A DNA stretch of 64,000 bases, from NCBI GenBank assembly GCA_963733245.1, contig CAVTCI010000018.1, forward strand, positions 19,512 to 83,511, given 5' to 3'. Position numbers and translations under genes: made by a program. The stretch comes from an uncultured Solirubrobacterales bacterium (GTDB lineage Bacteria > Actinomycetota > Thermoleophilia > Solirubrobacterales > Solirubrobacteraceae). Under the pieces are notes generated by a model. That model searched no databases and had not been told where the DNA came from. It saw only the letters and a program-made list of their open reading frames with translations. Every line of letters begins with the position of its first letter. The first letter of the stretch is position 1. Positions 16,870 to 25,341 of the stretch are shown here, piece after piece.

Positions 16870-18207
16870 ATGGCGGACACCCCGAAGGTAGCCGCGGACG
16901 TCCAGGCGATCGTCGACGAGCGGAGGATCCGCTTCATCCGCTTCTGGTTCACCGACATCCTCGGCCAGCTGAAGTCGTTCTCGATCAACGCCGAGGAGCT
17001 CCCCGACGCCTTCGAGGGGGGGATGGGCTTCGACGGGTCGTCGATCACCGGGTTCAACGCGATCGAGGAGTCGGACATGATCGCCATGCCCGATCCGAGC
17101 ACGTTCGCCGTGCTCCCCTGGCGGCCGGAGGAGCAGGGGGTCGGGCGGATGTTCTGCGACGTCCTCACGCCGGAGCGGACGGCCTACGAGGGCGACCCGC
17201 GGCACATCCTGCGCCGGGCGATCAAGCGGGCCCAGGGGATGGGCTTCGATCTGTTCAACGTCGGTCCCGAGCTCGAGTACTTCCTCTTCCGTGACAACAA
17301 GACGACCGAGCCGCTCGACCAGGGCGGCTACTTCGACCTGACGACGCTCGACGCCGGATCCGACGTTCGCCGGGAGACGGTGCTCGCGCTCGAGCAGCTC
17401 GGCATCCACGTCGAGTACAGCCACCACGAGGTCGGCCCGTCCCAGCACGAGATCGACGTCCGCTTCGCCGACGCCCTGAAGATGGCCGACGACTGCATGA
17501 CCTACCGGATCACGGTCAAGGAATACGCGATGAAGTACGGCTGGCACGCGACGTTCATGCCGAAGCCCCTGTTCGGCGAGAACGGCTCGGGTATGCACAC
17601 CCACCAGTCGCTGTTCGCCGACGGGCGCAACGCCTTCTATGACGCGGACGACCAGTACTTCCTCTCGGATGTCGGCAAGGCCTTCATCGCCGGCCAGCTC
17701 CGCCATGCCCGGGAGATCTCCTCGATCTTCGCCCAGTGGGTCAACTCCTACAAGCGCCTGGTCCCGGGCTTCGAGGCCCCGGTCTACGTCGCCTGGTCGC
17801 GGCGCAACCGCTCGGCCCTCGTCCGCGTGCCCCTCTACCACCCGGGCAAGGAGCAGGCGACGCGGATGGAGCTCCGGTGCCCGGATCCGGCGTGCAACCC
17901 GTACCTGACCTTCGCCGCCCTCCTCCAGGCCGGCCTCGAGGGGATCGAGAAGGGCTACGAGCTGCCCGAGCCGATGGAGAAGAACCTCTATCACCTCTCC
18001 CCGGACGATCGCCGGCGCCTGGGGATCGAGCAGCTGCCCGAGACGCTGGGCGAGGCGATCGAGCTGACCGCCGAGTCGGAGCTCGCGCTGCGCACCCTCG
18101 GCGAGCACACGTTCAACCGCTACGTCGAGATCAAGCGCCAGGAGTGGGACGACTACCGCGTCCAGGTCACCCGCTGGGAGCTCGACCGCTACCTGCCGAT
18201 CCTCTAG
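16870..18207 (+). CDS. glnA: glutamine synthetase, type I
   Basis: 445-aa ORF: FIRFWFTDILGQLKSF, GFDGSSITGF, NVGPELEYFLF, SHHEVGPSQHEIDV, GSGMHTHQSLF, RVP...MELRCPDPACNPYL. Confidence 0.95.
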   Translation: MADTPKVAADVQAIVDERRIRFIRFWFTDILGQLKSFSINAEELPDAFEGGMGFDGSSITGFNAIEESDMIAMPDPSTFAVLPWRPEEQGVGRMFCDVLTPERTAYEGDPRHILRRAIKRAQGMGFDLFNVGPELEYFLFRDNKTTEPLDQGGYFDLTTLDAGSDVRRETVLALEQLGIHVEYSHHEVGPSQHEIDVRFADALKMADDCMTYRITVKEYAMKYGWHATFMPKPLFGENGSGMHTHQSLFADGRNAFYDADDQYFLSDVGKAFIAGQLRHAREISSIFAQWVNSYKRLVPGFEAPVYVAWSRRNRSALVRVPLYHPGKEQATRMELRCPDPACNPYLTFAALLQAGLEGIEKGYELPEPMEKNLYHLSPDDRRRLGIEQLPETLGEAIELTAESELALRTLGEHTFNRYVEIKRQEWDDYRVQVTRWELDRYLPIL

Positions 18208-18243
18208 CCGGCCGGTCCGGCGGGCACCACGACGACGCCCTGC

Positions 18244-18627
18244 GTGGCATCGATCGGCGGGCTGATCAGCGCTCAGGCGCGGTGTGCCAAGGTCAAGACG
18301 ACGCTGGCGCTTGGCGCGTCGACCGCGAGGGCGACGGTGGCCAGCCCTGGGGATCGCCGGGCTGCCCTTGATCCCGGCGATCGCGGCCACGGCGATCGAC
18401 GCGGGCTCGACGAGCACGTGCGCGGGGCGAGCGGCACCGGCACGTTCGCGTCGCTGACCATCGGGACGATCAGGTAGGCCAACGCGCCGGCGCCCAGCAC
18501 GACGATCAACCTGCCCCTCGGGCTCGGCAAGGTCGTCGTGAACGAGCGGGTCCCGGTCCCCGGTGCCGATCACGGCCTGACGGTCAACGCGATTCACATC
18601 ACGGCGACCGGTCGCGGCGTCGCCTTC
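18244..18627 (+). pseudogene. possible remnant of a secreted actinobacterial protein (C-terminal part), interrupted by TAG at 18475-18477
   Basis: ...GASGTGTFASLTIGTIR*ANAPAPSTTINLPLGLGKVVVNERVPVPGADHGLTVNAIHITATG resembles the ...PNTTI.LPGLG.VVLNEQ....GLTVNALHV... C-terminal signature of a secreted-protein family whose name I cannot recall with certainty. No signal peptide or start is present. Confidence 0.3.
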
Positions 18628-18663
18628 ATGAAGTATTCATGTCCCGGTCCCTACGATGCGCGC

Positions 18664-19818
18664 GTGAGGATCTGGTGCCCAGCCCTCGTCGCGGCGTGCA
18701 CGCTCGCCGCCTGCGGCGGCGGCTCGCCGAGCCGACCGGGCCCCGGCCCGCCGTCGTCCGGGCGATCGCCCGCCGCGCGCGGCGCGCTGCGCCCGGGGAG
18801 GATCCCGCGGCCGCTCCGCCGCGACGACATCTACGCCGCCGACCGGGCCGGGCGCCTCAGCCGGGTCGTCCGGGGCGACCCGCCGCTGGTCTACGTCCCG
18901 AACAGCCAGTCGAACACGGTCGACGTGATCTCCCAGCGGACGTTCCGCGTCGTCGCCCACTTCCCGGTCGGCGCGCTCCCCCAGCACGTGACCCCGTCGT
19001 GGGACCTGCGCACCCTCTACGTGACCAACGACGTCGGCAACAGCCTCACCCCGATCGACCCGCGCACCGGCCGCCCGGGGCGGCCGATCCCGGTGCTCGA
19101 TCCGTACAACCTGTACTTCACCCCGGACGGGCGCTTCGCCATCGTCGTGGCCGAGGCCCACCGGGAGCTCGACTTCCGCGACGCCCGGACGATGCGCCTC
19201 CACCGGGCCCTGGCCACGCCGGGCTGCGCGGGCATCGACCACATGGACTACACGTTCGACGGCCGTTACGCCCTCGCCTCGTGCGAGTTCGCCGGCCGGC
19301 TCATCGTCGTCGACCTCGCCCGGGAGAAGGTGGTCCGGTCGATCGACCTGGCGGCGGCGGCGATGCCCCAGGACGTCAAGCTCTCCCCCGACGGGCGGGT
19401 CTTCTACGTCGCCGACATGGCCCGGGGCGGCGTCTGGGTGATCGACGCCCGGCGGATGCGCAAGCTCGCCTTCGTGGCCACCGGGCGGGGGGCGCACGGG
19501 CTCTACCCGAGCCGCGACTCACGGATCCTCTACGTGTCCAACCGCGACGCCGGGTCGATCAGCCTGGTGTCGTTCGCCACCCGCCGGGTCGTGCGCACCT
19601 GGCACCTCCCGGGGGGCGGGTCGCCCGACATGGGTGGGGTCTCCGCCGACGGGCGCATCCTCTGGCTGTCGGGTCGCTACAGCGCGTGTGTCTACGCGAT
19701 CTCGACGCTGACCGGCCGCCTGCTCCACCGGATCAACGTCGGCGACGGCCCGCACGGGCTCGCCGTCTGGCCCCAGCCCGGCCGCTACTCGATCGGCCAC
19801 ACCGGGATCCTCCGGTAG
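18664..19818 (+). CDS. YVTN-family beta-propeller repeat lipoprotein
   Basis: Start placed at GTG 18664 (VRIWCPALVAACTLAACGG, lipobox LAAC); ATG 18628 is an alternative. Repeats LYVTNDVGNSL, FYVADMARGG and LYVSNRDAGSI. Confidence 0.8.
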   Translation: MRIWCPALVAACTLAACGGGSPSRPGPGPPSSGRSPAARGALRPGRIPRPLRRDDIYAADRAGRLSRVVRGDPPLVYVPNSQSNTVDVISQRTFRVVAHFPVGALPQHVTPSWDLRTLYVTNDVGNSLTPIDPRTGRPGRPIPVLDPYNLYFTPDGRFAIVVAEAHRELDFRDARTMRLHRALATPGCAGIDHMDYTFDGRYALASCEFAGRLIVVDLAREKVVRSIDLAAAAMPQDVKLSPDGRVFYVADMARGGVWVIDARRMRKLAFVATGRGAHGLYPSRDSRILYVSNRDAGSISLVSFATRRVVRTWHLPGGGSPDMGGVSADGRILWLSGRYSACVYAISTLTGRLLHRINVGDGPHGLAVWPQPGRYSIGHTGILR

Positions 19819-19820
19819 CT

Positions 19821-19984
19821 AGTGGTCCGTCCAGCAAGTTCCTGCACCATTGGGCGGGCCCGGATGACCGCGTGGCGGCGTCCTCGAAGCTCGGAATACG
19901 TCCATTATGCCGCCGCTTCTGCGTCCTGGCCACGCGGCCCCCGGACCTCGCCGAATGGCACACGAACTTACCGGACGAACCACT
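19821..19984. other. long imperfect inverted repeat: candidate structured sRNA or bidirectional terminator
   Basis: Fills the gap between two convergent stops. Paired segments: agtggtccgtcc/ggacgaaccact, aagttc/gaactt, ccatt/aatgg, ggcggg/ctcgcc, ccgg/ccgg, ccgcgtggc/gccacgcgg, ggcg/cgcc. There is a 14-nt 3'-side bulge and a ~30-nt apical region. Visibly less G+C-rich than the flanks. Confidence 0.4.
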
Positions 19985-19986
19985 AC

Positions 19987-22656
19987 TTAGAGGTCGCGGA
20001 GCTCCTCGATCGCCGGTCGCCGGAGGGCGCGGAGGGTGATGATCCCGGCGGCCAGGACGGTGGCGACCACGGCGCCGCCGACCCCGAGCAGGTAGCCCCA
20101 GGGGATCGCGAGCGTGTCCGGCGGGGGATCGAACACCCCGGTCAGGACGTCGACCAGCGTGATCGAGAGCAGGCTGGCCATCACCGCGCCGAGGAGCAGG
20201 CCGCCTCCGGCGACGAACGCCGACTCGCCCCAGACGAAGCCGCCGAGCTGGCGAGGGCGGGCGCCGAGGGCGCTGGCGATGGCGAACGTCCGGCGGCGCT
20301 CCTTGAAGCCGAGCCCGAGGGCGAGACCGGTCGCGGCGGCGGCGAGCACGAGGGCGAAGCCGAGCTCGATCCGGGTCAGGCCCGACAGCTCGACCGCGGT
20401 GAGGTTCGAGCCGACCACGTGGCGCTGGTTGACGATGTCGCTCACCGCCGCGCTCGAGCCGACCGTCGCGGCGATCCGCCGGGCCACGACGGCGGGGTTG
20501 GTGCCGTCGGTCTGGACGAGGAAGCTGCCGACCGCGTCTGACCCGGTCCGGGCGGCGACGTAGGTCTGGTTGGCGACGAAGAACGAGTCCTTCGGGGCGG
20601 TGGGGAACTCCTTGGCCACGCCCTCGTAGTGGAACGGCACCGTGGTCAGCCGCTTGGTGCGCCCGTCCTGGAGGCGGAGGTTGAGCAGGTCGCCGCGGTG
20701 GAGCTGGTAGTCCTTCACGGTCTCGGCGCTGACCAGGATGGCCGACGGGTCGCGGGCGATGATCCGCATCAGGCTGGCCGCGCTCCCCCCCTGGAACCAC
20801 CCGTTCTGGAGCTTGCCGGCGCTGGTGATCGTCGCCGGGCGCACGCCGAAGAGGTCCTGGAGGTCGGCGCCGATGTAGGCGTAGCGGTGCTGGAGCGGCT
20901 CGACCTGACCGACGCCGGGGATCCTCCCCAGCTGGGCGATCCCCTGGGCGGGCCCGACCGAGACGCCGGGCGACTCGGTCACCGCGACGTCGGCTCCGTT
21001 CGAGAGCCGGGCGTCGGCCTCGGCCTGCGCCTGATAGGTGGAGTTGAACACCGCCGTCGACCCGGCGAAGGCGGCGGTCAGGGCGACGAGGGCCACGGCC
21101 CGGGCGAGCAGCCGGCGCTGGCGGCCCATCGCCCGAGCGACGGTCGGGGCGAGCTCGCCGGCCAGCGGCCGGAGCGCTCCGGCGAGCGGCCGGCGTCCGC
21201 GGTGGAGCGCGAGGTCGGCCAGGCGGTAGACGAGCAGGCCAGCGCCGATCCAGCCGAGCACTGGGGCGAGCAGGGCGTACCAGTTGACCGAGACCTGGGC
21301 CACCCCCTCGGGGGCGAGCACCAGCTGGTAGCCGTTCCGGGAGGCCTGCCAGTAGATGAGGCCGGCGACGGCGAGGCAGCCGAGGTCCAGCCCGTAGCGC
21401 GCCCACACCGGACCCCGGGGCACGCGCCCGACCTGCCGCCGCTGTCCGGCTACCGTGAGCGAGCGGGCGTCGCGCAGGGCCGGGAGGGCGATCGCACCGG
21501 CGGCGATCGCCAGACCGACGAGCGCCGCGCCGAGCGCCCAGAGGACGGCGGACACCGGGCCGGCTCCGAACGACGCGGTTCCGAAGCTGCTCTGGCCGAT
21601 CAGGAGCGCGCCCGCCAGGCCGGCGAGCACGCCGGTCCCACCGGCGAACCCGGTCTCGGCCAGGGCGATGCGCACGAGCGTTCGGGTGGAGGCGCCGCGG
21701 GTCCGCAGGAGCGCCGAGTCGCGCCGGCGCCGGTCGGCCCCGGCCGACGCGATCAGGGCGGTCACCAGGCCGGCCAGGATCGCCCCGGGGACGCCGAGGA
21801 AGAGGAAGAGGATCTGGGCGTAGAGGGCGTCCTGGCGGGCCGTGTCGAGCGCGGCGCCGAGGTTGTCGGCGACCAGGCCGGTCCCGGTCAGCCGGCCTTC
21901 GAGGTTGCGCGCGCGGGCCGCGACCTGGTCGAAGGCGGCGCTCGGGCTGCTCGGGAGGGTGTGGGTGAGGGTCGTGTGGATCTGCGTCCGGATCAGCTCG
22001 GGGCGGTGGGCCAGGATCGGCGCCCAGGCGCTGCGGAAGGTCGCCGCGGGGAGGAGGACGACGTTGTCGGGCGGGGCCTGGGCCTGGGCCCCGGGAGGCG
22101 CGCCGACCTTCTGGAAGAGCGAGTCGGCGTAGGGGAGGTCGACCACCCCGGTCACCTTGACCGTGGTCGGGGTCGTCCCCGGGCGGGCGATCGTGACCGT
22201 GCTCCCCGGGGCGACGTGGAGGTTCGAGGCGGTCTGCTGGGCGACGAGGACCCCGGTCAGGTCGCCGGTGAGCAGGCGGAGCTCGCCGGGGAAGGCGGCG
22301 GCGTAGCCGGCGGGTAGGCCGAGGACCTGGGCGGCGCCGGTCGTCTGGGTCGAGCCCTGGGTCGTCGCCGTCAGCCCGGGCGACCCGGCGAGCTGGACGG
22401 CCGCGGCGTGGCGGACGCCGGGGAAGGCGCTGACGCGGGCCAGGACGGCGGCCGGGTCGGCGCCCGGCTGGGCCTCGACCTGCCAGTCGACCGCCACGCG
22501 GGCGATCGCGCGCTGGGTCATCTTGGCGTTCGTCGAGGATAGGAAGGTCCCGATCGCCGCGATCAGCGCGACGCCGACGGCGACCCCCAGGCCGGTCGCG
22601 ACGAGCCGCGTCGGGCGGTGGGCGATCAGCCCGCGAAGCCAGTTCAGCGCGACCAT
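19987..22656 (-). CDS. FtsX-like ABC transporter permease (large, duplicated)
   Basis: Start trimmed to ATG 22656 (MVALNWLRGLIAHRPTRLVATGLGVAVGVALI...). 889 aa with two FtsX-type TM bundles and large extracytoplasmic domains. Confidence 0.85.
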   Translation of the reverse strand: MVALNWLRGLIAHRPTRLVATGLGVAVGVALIAAIGTFLSSTNAKMTQRAIARVAVDWQVEAQPGADPAAVLARVSAFPGVRHAAAVQLAGSPGLTATTQGSTQTTGAAQVLGLPAGYAAAFPGELRLLTGDLTGVLVAQQTASNLHVAPGSTVTIARPGTTPTTVKVTGVVDLPYADSLFQKVGAPPGAQAQAPPDNVVLLPAATFRSAWAPILAHRPELIRTQIHTTLTHTLPSSPSAAFDQVAARARNLEGRLTGTGLVADNLGAALDTARQDALYAQILFLFLGVPGAILAGLVTALIASAGADRRRRDSALLRTRGASTRTLVRIALAETGFAGGTGVLAGLAGALLIGQSSFGTASFGAGPVSAVLWALGAALVGLAIAAGAIALPALRDARSLTVAGQRRQVGRVPRGPVWARYGLDLGCLAVAGLIYWQASRNGYQLVLAPEGVAQVSVNWYALLAPVLGWIGAGLLVYRLADLALHRGRRPLAGALRPLAGELAPTVARAMGRQRRLLARAVALVALTAAFAGSTAVFNSTYQAQAEADARLSNGADVAVTESPGVSVGPAQGIAQLGRIPGVGQVEPLQHRYAYIGADLQDLFGVRPATITSAGKLQNGWFQGGSAASLMRIIARDPSAILVSAETVKDYQLHRGDLLNLRLQDGRTKRLTTVPFHYEGVAKEFPTAPKDSFFVANQTYVAARTGSDAVGSFLVQTDGTNPAVVARRIAATVGSSAAVSDIVNQRHVVGSNLTAVELSGLTRIELGFALVLAAAATGLALGLGFKERRRTFAIASALGARPRQLGGFVWGESAFVAGGGLLLGAVMASLLSITLVDVLTGVFDPPPDTLAIPWGYLLGVGGAVVATVLAAGIITLRALRRPAIEELRDL

Positions 22657-23327
22657 CGCGTCGCCCTCGTCTCGGTCTCGAGCTCGCCGCTGTGCATCTC
22701 CCAGCGGTCGGGGAGACGGTCGGCCACGGTCAGGTCGTGCGTCGAGACGACGAGGGCCGAGCCGGCGTGCTCGCTTGCCGCGAGCAGGACGTCGACCACC
22801 GCCCGGCCGCTGGCCCGGTCGAGTTGGCCGGTCGGCTCGTCGGCCAGGATCAGGCTCGGCTCGCCGGCCAGCGCGCGGGCCACGGCGACGCGCTGGGCCT
22901 GGCCGCCGGAGATCTCCTCGGGGAGCTTGTCGGCGAGTTCGTCGAGGTCGAGGGTGCGAAGGGCGGCGTGCGCGGCCACCCGGGCCCCGGCGTCGGTCAT
23001 GCCCCCGATGACCAGGGGGAGCGCCGTGTTCTCGAGCACGGTCAGGGGGGGCAGCAGGCTCGGCCCCTGGAAGATGACGGCCACCCGCCCGGGCCGGAGC
23101 TCGTCGCGGCGGCCGATGGCGGGCCAGCTCACCCGGCCGACGGTGGGGTCGTCGAGGCCGGCCATCAGGTGCAGGAGAGTCGACTTGCCCGACCCGGATG
23201 GGCCGACCACGGCGATCCGCTGGCCGGCGAAGACCGCGCAGGTGGTGGCGTGGAGGGCGACGGTCGCGGCGCGACCGCGGCCGAACGTGCGGGCGACGTC
23301 CTGGCAGCGGACGAGCGGCTCGGTCAT
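22644..23327 (-). CDS. ABC transporter ATP-binding protein (canonical motifs)
   Basis: GPSGSGKST, ISGGQAQRVAVARALA, ILADEPTGQLD, VSTHD. The ATG overlaps the upstream stop (ATGA). Confidence 0.9.
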   Translation of the reverse strand: MTEPLVRCQDVARTFGRGRAATVALHATTCAVFAGQRIAVVGPSGSGKSTLLHLMAGLDDPTVGRVSWPAIGRRDELRPGRVAVIFQGPSLLPPLTVLENTALPLVIGGMTDAGARVAAHAALRTLDLDELADKLPEEISGGQAQRVAVARALAGEPSLILADEPTGQLDRASGRAVVDVLLAASEHAGSALVVSTHDLTVADRLPDRWEMHSGELETETRATRWSR

Positions 23328-23989
23328 GGCGCGACCCTCCCGTCAAGCAGGCGGACCTCGCGGTCGGCGGCGGCGGCGGCCGCGGGGCTGTGGGTGACGA
23401 TCAGGACGCCGGCGCCGGCGGCGGCCCGTTCGCGCAGCAGCTCGAGCACCTGGGCGGCGGTGGCCGAGTCGAGCTCGCCGGTCGGCTCGTCGGCCAGGAT
23501 CACCGGCGGGTCGTTGGCCAGGGCGACGGCCAGCCCGGCCCGGGCGAGCTCGCCGCCCGAGAGCTGGGCCGGGCGGGCCTGGGCACGATGCTCGATGCCG
23601 CAGCGCTCGAGCACCTCCTGGCGCCACGACCCGGCTCGCGATCCGTCGCCGATCCGCTGGGCCAGGGTGACGTTGCCGGCGATCGACAGGTGGCCGACGA
23701 GGTTGGCCTGCTGGAAGAGCATCCCGATCCGGGCGCCCCGGATCCGGGCGCGCTGCTCCTCGGGGCGGCGGGAGATGCGCGTTCCGTCGATGCTGACACT
23801 CCCGCCGTCGGGCTCGTCGAGGCCGGCCAGGCAGGCGAGGAGGGTCGACTTGCCCGAGCCCGACGGGCCGGTGACGGCGATCAGCTCGCCCGGCTCGACG
23901 GCCAGAGAGACCCCCTGGAGGGCGAGCGTCTCGTCGTCCCCGGCGTGGAAGAACCGGTAGAGGCTGCGCGCTTCGAGCACGGCGCTCAT
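23324..23989 (-). CDS. ABC transporter ATP-binding protein (degenerate signature motif)
   Basis: Start at ATG 23989 (MSAVLEARSLYRFF...), overlapping the lipoprotein stop (ATGA). GPSGSGKST and ILADEPTGELD are present, but the signature reads LSGGELARAGLAVALA instead of LSGGQxQR. Confidence 0.85.
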   Translation of the reverse strand: MSAVLEARSLYRFFHAGDDETLALQGVSLAVEPGELIAVTGPSGSGKSTLLACLAGLDEPDGGSVSIDGTRISRRPEEQRARIRGARIGMLFQQANLVGHLSIAGNVTLAQRIGDGSRAGSWRQEVLERCGIEHRAQARPAQLSGGELARAGLAVALANDPPVILADEPTGELDSATAAQVLELLRERAAAGAGVLIVTHSPAAAAAADREVRLLDGRVAP

Positions 23990-24588
23990 CGGGTGAACCG
24001 CAGGGAGTTGGTGATCCTGTTCCACGGATCGACGTTGTCGGAGCCGTTGGGCGCCGACAGCGTGATGACCACGTCGCGGCCCCGGTGGTCGAAGTCGTAG
24101 CGTTCGACCGCGAGGACGCCGAACTTGCCGGTCACCGGGTCGGGCGCCGAGTAGGCGAGGTAGGCGGTGCGGATCGCCGGCCCGGCCTGGCGCGTGACCG
24201 GGGCGACCGCCTGGAGCTTGAAGCCCTTGATCTGCGCGGCGAGCCTCGGGACCACGGTGCGCTTGACGGCGGCGAGGGTGATCGGGCTCGGGGTGGCGCT
24301 GATCTCGACCCGGTTGAGCTTGTCGGTGAACGTCACGACGCCGCCGGCGCTCGAGCGCGACCAGCCCTCGGGCGTGCTCAGCGTGTATCCGGCCCCCGGG
24401 ACCGCGTAGGGGACATAGGCCACGGTGTCGGGGATGTCTCCGGGCGGGAGGCTCTCGGGCGCGTTCGGGGAGCTCGGCTTCGAGCTCGAACTGGAGCCGC
24501 AGCCGGCGACGAGCGCGGCGAGGACGGCGAGCAGGCAGAGCTTGGACACGGGGCCTCCGAGGGCGTCGACGGGGCGAGTGCCGGCCAC
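23986..24588 (-). CDS. hypothetical lipoprotein (first gene of the ABC operon)
   Basis: LLAVLAALVAGCGSSSSS lipobox. The true start may be the GTG at 24549 (VSKLCLL...). Confidence 0.65.
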   Translation of the reverse strand: MAGTRPVDALGGPVSKLCLLAVLAALVAGCGSSSSSKPSSPNAPESLPPGDIPDTVAYVPYAVPGAGYTLSTPEGWSRSSAGGVVTFTDKLNRVEISATPSPITLAAVKRTVVPRLAAQIKGFKLQAVAPVTRQAGPAIRTAYLAYSAPDPVTGKFGVLAVERYDFDHRGRDVVITLSAPNGSDNVDPWNRITNSLRFTR

Positions 24589-24601
24589 CGTAGGGGCCGC
24601 G

Positions 24602-24638
24602 GGTCACGCCCAGGTCCGGGCAGGTCAACGCGAGGTCA
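24602..24638. promoter_or_regulatory. four direct GGTC(A/C) repeats at helical-turn spacing (candidate OmpR-family response-regulator boxes)
   Basis: ggtca 24602, ggtcc 24613, ggtca 24623 and ggtca 24634 (spacing 11/10/11 nt), in the 80-nt divergent region between the ABC operon and the response-regulator gene. Confidence 0.4.
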
Positions 24639-24669
24639 GAACGCGGGCCGGCCGCTACCGTCTGGGCTT

Positions 24670-25341
24670 ATGGTCGAACTCCGGATCCTGGTCGTCGAGG
24701 ACGACGAGGCGATCGCCGCGGGTCTGGGTCGGGTGCTCGCCGGGCAGGGCTACCGGGTGGAGCGGTTGGCGCGGGGGGCCGAGGCGGTGGGGGCGGCCGC
24801 CGGCGTCGGGCTGGTGGTGCTCGACCTGGGGCTTCCCGACGTCGACGGCCTCGAGCTGTGCCGCCGCCTGCGGGCGGCCCATCCGGCGGTGGCGATCCTG
24901 ATCCTCACGGCCCGCGACGGCGAGCTCGACGTGGTCTCGGGCCTCGACGCCGGGGCGGACGACTACCTGGTCAAGCCCTTCCGCCTCTCGGAGCTGCTCG
25001 CCCGCATCCGCTCGCACATGCGCCGGGTCGCCGGTCCGGCCGGCGAGGGCGAGCTGCCGCTCGAGGTCGGGGAGCTCCGCGTCGACCGGGCCGCCCGGCG
25101 GGCCTGGCTCGCGGACGACGAGCTGGCGTTGCGGCCGAAGGAGTTCGACCTGCTGGCCCTGTTCGCCCTCAACGCCGGGATCGCGCTGACGCGGGAGCGC
25201 ATCATGGAGGAGGTCTGGGACACGGCGTGGATCGGCTCGACCAAGACCCTCGACACCCACGTGCTGGGGCTGCGCCAGAAGCTCGGTCCAGGTGCGATCG
25301 CCACCCTGCGCGGCGTCGGCTACCGGTTCGAGCGGCCGTGA
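24670..25341 (+). CDS. OmpR/PhoB-family response regulator
   Basis: Start at ATG 24670 (MVELRILVVEDDEAIA...). Receiver domain with LDLGLPDVDG and a winged-helix C-terminus ending LRGVGYRFE. Confidence 0.9.
   Translation: MVELRILVVEDDEAIAAGLGRVLAGQGYRVERLARGAEAVGAAAGVGLVVLDLGLPDVDGLELCRRLRAAHPAVAILILTARDGELDVVSGLDAGADDYLVKPFRLSELLARIRSHMRRVAGPAGEGELPLEVGELRVDRAARRAWLADDELALRPKEFDLLALFALNAGIALTRERIMEEVWDTAWIGSTKTLDTHVLGLRQKLGPGAIATLRGVGYRFERP

Noticed and set aside
18273-18530. 85-aa minus-strand ORF between glnA and the beta-propeller gene.
   Set aside because: TTG start, Pro/Ser/Arg-rich translation, and the region is better explained by a plus-strand gene relic.
16615-18597. 660-aa ORF antisense to glnA.
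   Set aside because: It is the mirror frame of a confidently identified glutamine synthetase and has no domain-like sequence.
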